A DNA stretch of 46,810 bases from a virus. Positions within the stretch are counted from its first letter, which is position 1. Every line of letters starts with the position of its first letter. The translations under genes were made by a program, and so were the position numbers. The DNA lies in IMG/VR virus record IMGVR_UViG_3300002460_000008, one strand, 5' to 3'. A model generated the notes under the pieces. That model was not told where the DNA came from and did not search any database. It saw nothing but the letters and a program-made list of their open reading frames with translations. Below, in pieces: positions 36,156-42,225 of this stretch.

Positions 36156-36326
36156 TCAAGACTTTATACTTTCAAGAAGCTTGTGCATAAACTTATTAAA
36201 CCTTTCTTGAAAGTTCCATACTAAAATATTTAACCCAATTTCCCCTTGGCAATCAAGGCACCATGCAAAACCGATTCTACAAGAATCTCGTGGTTCCCAA
36301 TTTTCGTGCTTGCACTCATCAACCAT
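36156..36326 (-). CDS. Cys-containing mini-protein (56 aa)
   Basis: Hand translation: MVDECKHENWEPRDSCRIGFAWCLDCQGEIGLNILVWNFQERFNKFMHKLLESIKS. Confidence 0.4.
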   Translation of the reverse strand: MVDECKHENWEPRDSCRIGFAWCLDCQGEIGLNILVWNFQERFNKFMHKLLESIKS

Positions 36327-36843
36327 TTCCGTTCTTCTCCCCCTTCAAAAATTCAAACATCTTCAAATCCTCAAGCGACAGCTTCTCATCCCTAACTAGC
36401 TTGATAATTTCCAACTCATCTCGAGATAACTCCAACCCGTTCTTTAGCAACTCCAATTCCGCCTCCAGCTTTTCGGCCTTATCAGCTAACTCTTCAAATT
36501 CGGTATTGGGTGGTGGTTCGTCTGGAAAAGGAGTCGCGGAACTGTACTGGGTGCAAGTGGTAAAAATTGCGGTAGCGTAAGTATGTTGAACATTAAAAGT
36601 TGCAGAAATACTCACCCACGCCACCGCTGTTTGGGATGGCGGAGTAATAACGGTAATAACCTTAGGTGGAAAAACTCCAGTTATACCCTGCACAAATCTT
36701 CTCTTTGAACTCTTCCCCATTCCACTATCTCCCATTCCCCATATAGTTGCTCCTAGCAACGCTTCATAAAAAATTTTTAGTTTAAATATTGTAATTTGGA
36801 TTTGGTATTGCGCAAGTCCTAACACGAGCGAAGCGAGTGCCAT
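36319..36843 (-). CDS. Hypothetical protein, first ORF of the leftward operon (coiled-coil acidic C-terminus)
   Basis: ORF track. A promoter-like element inside its first codons suggests the true start may be the ATG at 36738 or 36723. Confidence 0.45.
   Translation of the reverse strand: MALASLVLGLAQYQIQITIFKLKIFYEALLGATIWGMGDSGMGKSSKRRFVQGITGVFPPKVITVITPPSQTAVAWVSISATFNVQHTYATAIFTTCTQYSSATPFPDEPPPNTEFEELADKAEKLEAELELLKNGLELSRDELEIIKLVRDEKLSLEDLKMFEFLKGEKNGNG
36788..36815 (-). promoter_or_regulatory. Sigma70-like promoter candidate for the leftward operon
   Basis: Minus strand reads TTGCGC-N16-TACAAT. Confidence 0.3.
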
Positions 36844-36865
36844 TTTGGCACGGGGGGAGCCCCCC

Positions 36866-36891
36866 TGTGACAGAAATTGGCATTGTGACAG
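36866..36891. repeat. Direct repeat TGTGACAG x2 (36866-36873 and 36884-36891)
   Basis: Read directly. The second copy forms GTGAC-N7-GTCAC with the downstream sequence. Confidence 0.5.
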
Positions 36892-36902
36892 CGATGGTCA
36901 CT

Positions 36903-36912
36903 TGTCTAGACA
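36903..36912. promoter_or_regulatory. Palindrome TGTCTAGACA (operator candidate)
   Basis: Perfect 10-bp palindrome upstream of the leftward operon. Shares the GTCTAGAC core with three other sites. Confidence 0.5.
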
Positions 36913-36981
36913 TTAAGACAAACTACAGGTGGTGGCCGGCGGCGTGGTGAGCACTAGCTGTAGTAGCATGGCAATTGTCCT

Positions 36982-36995
36982 ATTGTCTAGACAAT
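36982..36995. promoter_or_regulatory. Palindrome ATTGTCTAGACAAT (operator candidate)
   Basis: Perfect 14-bp palindrome. Confidence 0.5.
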
Positions 36996-37004
36996 CGTGC
37001 AATT

Positions 37005-37037
37005 AAAAGAAAACCCCAGGCCGGCGGGCGCCTGGGG
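37005..37037 (-). terminator. Rho-independent terminator after gene 37046..37231
   Basis: CCCCAGGC (37014-37021) pairs with GCCTGGGG (37030-37037). It is followed on the minus strand by TTTTCTTTT. Confidence 0.65.
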
Positions 37038-37045
37038 TTCCCTTA

Positions 37046-37231
37046 CTACTTCGTCGTCGTGTCGAGATCGGCGCCTAGCGCATCCAGCGCCATGTCGCCG
37101 AGAGTGTGCAGGTAGCTATCGTCGTTTTCGTCCTTCGCCCGGAGCGCCATGATTTCCTTGTTTTCCACCTGGCGCACGTCACCGAAAAATTCCTTGATCG
37201 CTCCCACTCGCGTGAGCTTCCGCTTTTCCAT
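37046..37231 (-). CDS. Hypothetical acidic protein (61 aa), GC-rich
   Basis: ORF track; GGAGGGAAC SD; followed by a terminator. Confidence 0.55.
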   Translation of the reverse strand: MEKRKLTRVGAIKEFFGDVRQVENKEIMALRAKDENDDSYLHTLGDMALDALGADLDTTTK

Positions 37232-37305
37232 GTTCCCTCCACCATTGCGGAGATTTGACTACCCCATCAGCATTGCACTAACGGGGTAGTTTGTCAAGCT
37301 TGCGT

Positions 37306-37767
37306 TTACTTGCCGAACGCCGAGAGAAGCTGGTCGATCTCCGCGTCGCTCTTTCCCTGCGCTTTCAGCACAGCGCGAAGAGTGAACGACGCGCGTTCCA
37401 CGGCCTTGTCAGTGACGGGCCGGTGTTCCGCTACGCTCGCGTTCGCAGCGTTCTGCATCGCCGATGCGACGATCAAATCCCACACCGCGTCATCGGGCGT
37501 TGCGTAGTCGTTGTCCTTGACGAACTGCGCCAGCGCCTCTTTCGCTGACTGGCCGTAGCGATTGTGTAGGTCGGCGATAGTGATCGGTTTCACCGTGGCA
37601 GGATCGATGCCAAGAAGCTTCGCTTGCTCGACACGGATAGAACCGTCGTCGTTTGTCAGGGAGTTGGAGTAAACTCCCTTGTTTTCCTTCGGGTCCCAAC
37701 CGACACAGCGATTGCGCTTCGCCTTTTTTGGATCGAACGTGAACTTCTTTTTCTCCGCCGTCGCCAT
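37306..37767 (-). CDS. Hypothetical protein (153 aa), Lys-rich N-terminus, GC-rich
   Basis: ORF track; GGGAGGAACGAAA SD. An intercistronic 8-bp stem-loop lies at 37258-37290. Confidence 0.6.
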   Translation of the reverse strand: MATAEKKKFTFDPKKAKRNRCVGWDPKENKGVYSNSLTNDDGSIRVEQAKLLGIDPATVKPITIADLHNRYGQSAKEALAQFVKDNDYATPDDAVWDLIVASAMQNAANASVAEHRPVTDKAVERASFTLRAVLKAQGKSDAEIDQLLSAFGK

Positions 37768-37798
37768 TTTCGTTCCTCCCTTTTTTCGGCCGCCGTCA

Positions 37799-37811
37799 TT
37801 GACGACCTAGG
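37799..37811 (+). promoter_or_regulatory. TTGACGACCTAGG box, copy 1 (-35-like hexamer plus CCTAGG palindrome)
   Basis: An identical 13-mer recurs at 38815-38827. Confidence 0.35.
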
Positions 37812-38084
37812 CTTAGCTTATCAGATTGGAAAGGGATGTCAAAGTTTTTTTTCAGAGACTCGAAAAAAGATTTTTCGTGCCAACTCCGAGCCCCGTTTTT
37901 GGAAAAATTGTCAACGTGGCACCCAGGGTAAGGGGGGGAAAAACCTGGCGGCGAGCTCGGCTGTAAGAGCGTGATTTCATTGGAGATTTTTGGGTTATAA
38001 CCGTTATGGGAGGGTTTATAACCCGGAAATGACTGTTTTTGTCAGTAGAATCAAGGGGTTAGGACGAGAGTTATAAGGTTATGG

Positions 38085-38208
38085 TTATAACGTTTCTCCC
38101 CCTCAGCTTCGCTGCCCTGGTAAGTTTCTTTGCACTTGACATACTACATTTTATATATAATAATTATTATATTAGAGAGACAGGAGGGCCGAGGGAGAAA
38201 CGTTATAA
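38085..38208. repeat. 16-bp inverted repeat (TTATAACGTTTCTCCC / GGGAGAAACGTTATAA) bracketing an AT-rich core
   Basis: Arms at 38085-38100 and 38193-38208. The core contains TTTTATATATAATAATTATTATATTA. Confidence 0.6.
38136..38164 (+). promoter_or_regulatory. Promoter candidate TTGACA-N17-AATAAT (alternative TATAAT at N14)
   Basis: Read directly. Sits inside the inverted repeat, upstream of the rightward genes. Confidence 0.3.
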
Positions 38209-38346
38209 TCCAATAACTATAACTTTAGGGAGTTTAGTCAATGATTACGAGGAGTTAGAGCTGATTTTGGGTTATAAAATGACCGTAATTTTTATAATTC
38301 TGTAAGTCACTGAAATCATTAACAAAAAAGGGGAAGGGGAGTGGGG

Positions 38347-38706
38347 ATGAACCACCCTGGGCGGCCGCTAAAAAGTGAGTTAAATCCAATACTTAGCCCG
38401 ACGGTCCGTGATATAGCGTGGGCCGCTGGTGTGTATGAAGGTGAGGGACACGCTAACAAGTTAGGAATTACAGCAATGTCCCAAAAAGAAAAATGGCTAT
38501 TGGATAGAATAAGGGATTTATTCGGAGGCAGCGTCGGCGGGCCATATAAAGGGAGTAATAACAATCAGCATTACTTGTGGCAATTAGCTGGGCCGCGAAG
38601 CCGGGGATTTCTTATGACAATTTACTTATTCTTATCTCCCCACAGAAAAGAACAGATAAGAAAAGCGTTAAAATTAGGAGAGTACCGTATAAAAGCTGGC
38701 AATTGA
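38347..38706 (+). CDS. Free-standing single-motif LAGLIDADG-like homing endonuclease candidate
   Basis: WAAGVYEGEGH motif. The overall pattern parallels the endonuclease insert of the terL intein (WLAGIYDGEGS ... RRRFLLQINP versus SRGFLMTIYL). Confidence 0.55.
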   Translation: MNHPGRPLKSELNPILSPTVRDIAWAAGVYEGEGHANKLGITAMSQKEKWLLDRIRDLFGGSVGGPYKGSNNNQHYLWQLAGPRSRGFLMTIYLFLSPHRKEQIRKALKLGEYRIKAGN

Positions 38707-38738
38707 GCCCGTCGGCCATGTCACCTTGGCAATCCGGA

Positions 38739-38752
38739 CCTGTCTAGACAGG
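38739..38752. promoter_or_regulatory. Palindrome CCTGTCTAGACAGG (operator candidate)
   Basis: Perfect 14-bp palindrome, 63 nt upstream of TTGACGACCTAGG box copy 2. Confidence 0.5.
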
Positions 38753-38814
38753 TTAACACAACCTATGGTGTCGATTGACCGAGCCGACCCCTATATCTGG
38801 TAGAAAAGTAAGGC

Positions 38815-38827
38815 TTGACGACCTAGG
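38815..38827 (+). promoter_or_regulatory. TTGACGACCTAGG box, copy 2 (possible early promoter, TTGACG-N18-TACTCT)
   Basis: Identical 13-mer to 37799-37811; about 75 nt upstream of gene 38903. Confidence 0.35.
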
Positions 38828-38902
38828 AGCCCCTTTGGTACTCTCGACCCATGAAGCGGGCTCTTCAGAACCTCATAGTTTTTTTCAATTGAAGGGCTAA
38901 TC

Positions 38903-39313
38903 ATGAAAAATCCTGATGAAGTTACTCCGCTTACCCTGGAAGAAAGATTAAATCTGATTAAGGAAATAACTAAGGCGCCATCGGGGACTCCGATAATTCC
39001 CACTATGCTCGCTCAGCGTAAGACTTTGCAAAGCGAACGAAATGGCTTGAAAGTGGAGTTAGGAAAGTTTTACCAGGAAATAGAAAGCCGAGAGAAGCGC
39101 GTTTTCGAGATTGATAAAGAACTACGTTCCATTGGCGTGCAGGTAAAGCCAATTTCCACGGAAGTAACTCTCTTTGTTCTCGATAGGAAAGCCGGCGATA
39201 TAGCCTTTGATATGCTTAAGGAAGTTAAAAGCAACGTGAGGATAATTTACGACTCCCCGAAAAAGGGCCAATGCCGTGTGGTGGAAGACGTTGTGAAAGA
39301 GGAAGGAATATAA
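38903..39313 (+). CDS. Hypothetical protein (136 aa)
   Basis: ORF track. Confidence 0.55.
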   Translation: MKNPDEVTPLTLEERLNLIKEITKAPSGTPIIPTMLAQRKTLQSERNGLKVELGKFYQEIESREKRVFEIDKELRSIGVQVKPISTEVTLFVLDRKAGDIAFDMLKEVKSNVRIIYDSPKKGQCRVVEDVVKEEGI

Positions 39314-39489
39314 TGACTCACACTCTCACAACGGGGCAACTAAGAAAACTTGTTATAGCAGTTGACGATGGAAACAAGTGGCCGCTCCTCACAGACGATC
39401 CATTCGTTAACTATGTCATAGATTGCATGTTTTCAGAAGAGGAATTACCCTACGATGAGCAGTTGTATATCAAGGAACTTTCAAGCTAA
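39313..39489 (+). CDS. Hypothetical protein (58 aa)
   Basis: ATG at 39313 (TAATG junction), in the frame of ORF 39271..39489. Confidence 0.45.
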   Translation: MTHTLTTGQLRKLVIAVDDGNKWPLLTDDPFVNYVIDCMFSEEELPYDEQLYIKELSS

Positions 39490-40172
39490 TGCAAGTCTCC
39501 ACCGGCCCCACCGCCGACGTTCGCTCGAGCCTTTCCGGGCGCATCACCGACGCACGACGCGCTATCTTCATAGAGTTGCGGGAACGTGGTATGTCGGCTG
39601 TGGTTGCCAAGTCAGAAATTACCCTCACAAAATCTATTCCCGGCCGCCGTGGTCGCCATTCATGGCAGGTTAATGCTTTCATGGCGAATGGCGGCCGTAA
39701 TCCGATTTTCATACTCGCAGATATTTCAATCGGTGACTTCGTGGAAGTTTACTTTCCGCCGAAGGAACAACGCCTACACGTTAAACTAGCGGTGCTACAT
39801 AACATTCTCACACCTTATTCCCTCACCGACGCCTCCTCAATTAGCCCCACCGACGAAATTTTCTTCTCAACTCCGTCTCTAGCAGTTGTCACGTCAACTA
39901 AGGCGAGGCAAAATTTTGCTAAGGCGGTTTACGACGTGGCAAAGGAAAGCGATCAGCCGATACATAAGGTTTCAGCGTTGAAAGCGATGGAACAACTTTT
40001 CGTTTCGCTCGCGGCCGCCGGAAAAATCGAGAAGAGTTACGCTGAAAAACGATTCGATAAGTATGACAAAATAAGTGCGAGGATTTGGCGCGGTGGTACA
40101 CCGGGAGAGCAGATAAACTCTTTCATACTCGCATGGAATTTACTTGCGAGCGCCACGGGGATAACGAAATGA
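39489..40172 (+). CDS. Hypothetical protein (227 aa), start of the GC-rich island
   Basis: ORF track; TAATG junction. No motif recognised. Confidence 0.55.
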   Translation: MQVSTGPTADVRSSLSGRITDARRAIFIELRERGMSAVVAKSEITLTKSIPGRRGRHSWQVNAFMANGGRNPIFILADISIGDFVEVYFPPKEQRLHVKLAVLHNILTPYSLTDASSISPTDEIFFSTPSLAVVTSTKARQNFAKAVYDVAKESDQPIHKVSALKAMEQLFVSLAAAGKIEKSYAEKRFDKYDKISARIWRGGTPGEQINSFILAWNLLASATGITK

Positions 40173-40759
40173 ACGAATCGCTTGAACGCCAAGAAACTGC
40201 GATTGTCAAATCACGGCTTGACAGGATTCTCGAGAAGCGGGCTATTCAGCACAAGGTCATACTTGTGCTTGATACGTCTGGTAGCATGGCCTCACAGGCA
40301 GATTCTCCCGGCGAACGGCGCATCGACGCCTTACGTGGCGTCGTGACAATGCTTCGTAATCAAGGTATCGCTCCGCGCCAACTCGTTTTCAACAGCGACG
40401 TTATGTGGAGCGATGTCATCCCTGAGCCCTCCGGCGGCACGAATCTCGCGGGTGCGCTGAAATTCTGCAAACAGCTCAATCCTGAACACGTCATCGTGGT
40501 AAGCGACGGCGAGCCCGATGATATCTCGCAAGGCGGCGCTGCTAGCATCGCGGCAGCGAAAGCACTCAATTGCAAAGTTGACGTGTTTTTCGTGGGGCCA
40601 AAGGATATGACTCATGCAAAAGAATTCATGGACCGCCTTGCTGTGGGAACTGGAGGTTCTTCGCAGACGGTTTCCTTCAAAGAGCTTGAGCAGAAAATCG
40701 CGGGAATGCTCACTGCGGGCGATGCGGCGGATGAGAAAAAAGGGAGTATCGCGCTGTGA
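40169..40759 (+). CDS. von Willebrand factor A (vWA) domain protein with an intact MIDAS motif
   Basis: VILVLDTSGSM (DxSxS), GGTNLAGAL and VIVVSDGEPDD. Start set to the ATG at 40169 (ATGA overlap). Confidence 0.85.
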   Translation: MNESLERQETAIVKSRLDRILEKRAIQHKVILVLDTSGSMASQADSPGERRIDALRGVVTMLRNQGIAPRQLVFNSDVMWSDVIPEPSGGTNLAGALKFCKQLNPEHVIVVSDGEPDDISQGGAASIAAAKALNCKVDVFFVGPKDMTHAKEFMDRLAVGTGGSSQTVSFKELEQKIAGMLTAGDAADEKKGSIAL

Positions 40760-41082
40760 TTAACAAATTCAAAACTCCCGTTTTCAGCGTTGCCTTCAAG
40801 GCGAATAGCGACATTCCCAAAGAGATTGCAACGCATCTCGAATGGGAATTGCATATGCTAATCAATCTTCACTCCGCCGCTATATTCTCATCGCCGGAAA
40901 AGCATGCTAAGTTTATCGCTTGCTTGACAGAGTATTGTAAGGAATGTGCCCAGGAGTTTCTCGACGAGTTGAATTCCGGTGGAACATCTGGCGGTAAAAT
41001 TCCCGCAAAGGTCTGTGACGACTGGATTCAGGGACATCGCCGGCCGAACGGTACTTGCCCGAATTGCGGGGAGAAGCACTAA
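40756..41082 (+). CDS. Hypothetical protein with a C-terminal zinc-ribbon (108 aa)
   Basis: GTGA overlap with the vWA gene; CKEC ... CPNCGEKH. Confidence 0.5.
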   Translation: MINKFKTPVFSVAFKANSDIPKEIATHLEWELHMLINLHSAAIFSSPEKHAKFIACLTEYCKECAQEFLDELNSGGTSGGKIPAKVCDDWIQGHRRPNGTCPNCGEKH

Positions 41083-41273
41083 TGCAAATAAGAGCACAAC
41101 TGAGGCGTTATGCTGTGGCGTTTTCAAAGTTTCCAGAAGAGTTTGTCAGACAATGCTGCTACAACATGACTTGTCCTTCGGGATACCACGGAATCCATGT
41201 AAGGGTCCGTTTCAAGTCCCGCGCAAGGCATCATGGGACAAAAACTGGGCAATCCAAGAAAGCGCATAAGTAA
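41082..41273 (+). CDS. Basic Cys/His-containing mini-protein (63 aa)
   Basis: ATG at 41082 (TAATG junction), in the frame of ORF 41055..41273. Confidence 0.4.
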   Translation: MQIRAQLRRYAVAFSKFPEEFVRQCCYNMTCPSGYHGIHVRVRFKSRARHHGTKTGQSKKAHK

Positions 41274-41274
41274 A

Positions 41275-41424
41275 ATGGATTCTCTTGACATTTTCTGCCA
41301 CAGTTGCAAAACCGTCATCGCTGCCCGTGTCGGCGTTCACACGGCTACTATGATTCAGAATTGCCATGAACACTCAAAAACGATAATTTACCCCACAGGG
41401 AGTAAGGCTCCGAGGGAGGATTAA
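41275..41424 (+). CDS. Cys/His mini-protein (49 aa)
   Basis: MDSLDIFCHSCKT...NCHEH, in the frame of ORF 41233..41424. Confidence 0.4.
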   Translation: MDSLDIFCHSCKTVIAARVGVHTATMIQNCHEHSKTIIYPTGSKAPRED

Positions 41425-41425
41425 G

Positions 41426-41554
41426 GTGAACATCACGAGTGACAAGGTTCGAGTGAAGAACCCGGTAAGTCCGCCGAAAACGATCGTGAGATTTTCTCTG
41501 GATTCCTTCCCTATAGGGGTGGGGAGCAATCGTTGGAATGTAAGTAAGTGGTAA
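41426..41554 (+). CDS. Possible mini-ORF (42 aa, GTG start)
   Basis: A GGGAGGA SD lies 5 nt upstream of the GTG. Hand-translated. Confidence 0.3.
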   Translation: MNITSDKVRVKNPVSPPKTIVRFSLDSFPIGVGSNRWNVSKW

Positions 41555-41559
41555 AAGGT

Positions 41560-41696
41560 TTTCTGGCGCGAGACGCTAAGGTGGCGGCGTATATTTATAT
41601 TGTATATATAAAATACCCGGCTTCAAGTTTTGGGGTACTAGGACCCCTCAGCAATAACGCCATGCTGAAAGCCACCAAGACCCTAAGCGCCAGAAA
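41560..41696. repeat. Inverted repeat (TTTCTGGCGC...GGTGGC / GCCACC...GCGCCAGAAA) bracketing an AT-rich core
   Basis: Outer arms at 41560-41569 and 41687-41696; inner arms at 41580-41585 and 41671-41676. Core is TATATTTATATTGTATATATAAAATA. Confidence 0.5.
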
Positions 41697-41723
41697 CTTC
41701 ATTAAAAAGGGGAGGATAGTCTA

Positions 41724-41912
41724 ATGAAATACTCAATCGTCCAAAAACTCCTCGAGGCTCAAAAGAATGGAAAACACCGTTACCACCATAAGTTAACGGC
41801 GGAACAGAAAGTAAATCGTTGGTTAGACCGTTACATCCTTGCGCTTATGGAGGGAAAACGCAGACGGGAAGATATAGGAGCGTATTACGGGAGTCCTAAA
41901 CAAAATGACTAA
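41724..41912 (+). CDS. Hypothetical protein (62 aa)
   Basis: ORF track; GGGGAGGA SD. Confidence 0.5.
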   Translation: MKYSIVQKLLEAQKNGKHRYHHKLTAEQKVNRWLDRYILALMEGKRRREDIGAYYGSPKQND

Positions 41913-42012
41913 TGGTCCTCTTACAAAACCAAGTTCATCGCTTTGGGATGCTGTAATAGCGGTAGGAATTTGTACAGTACTCTGGAAAATTTTCGAGAAC
42001 GTATGGAGATAA
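41905..42012 (+). CDS. Small membrane protein (35 aa)
   Basis: Hand translation: MTNGPLTKPSSSLWDAVIAVGICTVLWKIFENVWR. Confidence 0.35.
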   Translation: MTNGPLTKPSSSLWDAVIAVGICTVLWKIFENVWR

Positions 42013-42045
42013 GGTGATGAATAAAAACAAAATCGGCGGTAGGAA

Positions 42046-42225
42046 ATGGAATTAGCGCAATCTCTCCGAATCTATCTTGAAGCGTTCCGGCACAGTCACG
42101 TCTGTCAGAAATGCGGTGGATTGTGGAACCACGCTAATCCAGATTGTCCAGCTGAGGAGTTAGAAAGTAAAACGCCGGGATGTATGGAATGCGAAGATTG
42201 TATGGGAGCGAATGAAAATGCATGA
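42046..42225 (+). CDS. Cys-rich mini-protein (59 aa)
   Basis: Hand translation includes CQKCG...CP...CMECEDC. Confidence 0.4.
   Translation: MELAQSLRIYLEAFRHSHVCQKCGGLWNHANPDCPAEELESKTPGCMECEDCMGANENA

Larger units (their letters stand above)
37985..38279. repeat. Iteron-like array of GGTTATAA(CC) motifs
   Basis: Copies at 37992-38002 (GGGTTATAACC), 38012-38024, 38070-38092 (three overlapping), 38201-38211 and 38269-38279. GATTTT(T)GGGTTATAA occurs at both edges. Confidence 0.6.

Noticed and set aside
36846-37935. Sigma54-type promoters at TGGCAC motifs (36846, 37929 plus strand; about 37889 minus strand).
   Set aside because: The -12 elements do not match TTGC at the correct spacing, and TGGCAC alone is expected many times by chance in 47 kb.
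37985-38279. CRISPR-like array, suggested by the repeated GGTTATAA motifs.
   Set aside because: The repeats are only 8-13 bp, irregularly spaced, partly overlapping and in both orientations, with no spacer-repeat periodicity and no cas genes.
38081-38305. 74-aa ORF across the iteron/inverted-repeat region.
   Set aside because: It is built almost entirely from the repeat motifs and the AT-rich core and has no SD. The region is better explained as non-coding regulatory or origin DNA.
37985-38900. Group I intron housing the LAGLIDADG-like gene.
   Set aside because: No interrupted host gene (split exons) can be identified on either side, and I could not recognise P-helix pairings by eye. A free-standing endonuclease is the simpler reading.
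36844-38900. Lysogeny switch (CI/Cro-type) with an integrase.
   Set aside because: No integrase, excisionase or recognisable HTH repressor ORF was found anywhere. The divergent region is interpreted as an early/late control and origin region of a lytic phage.
38791-39003. 70-aa minus-strand ORF overlapping the start of gene 38903..39313 and the TTGACGACCTAGG box.
   Set aside because: It has no SD, runs against the local transcription direction and overlaps a better rightward gene.
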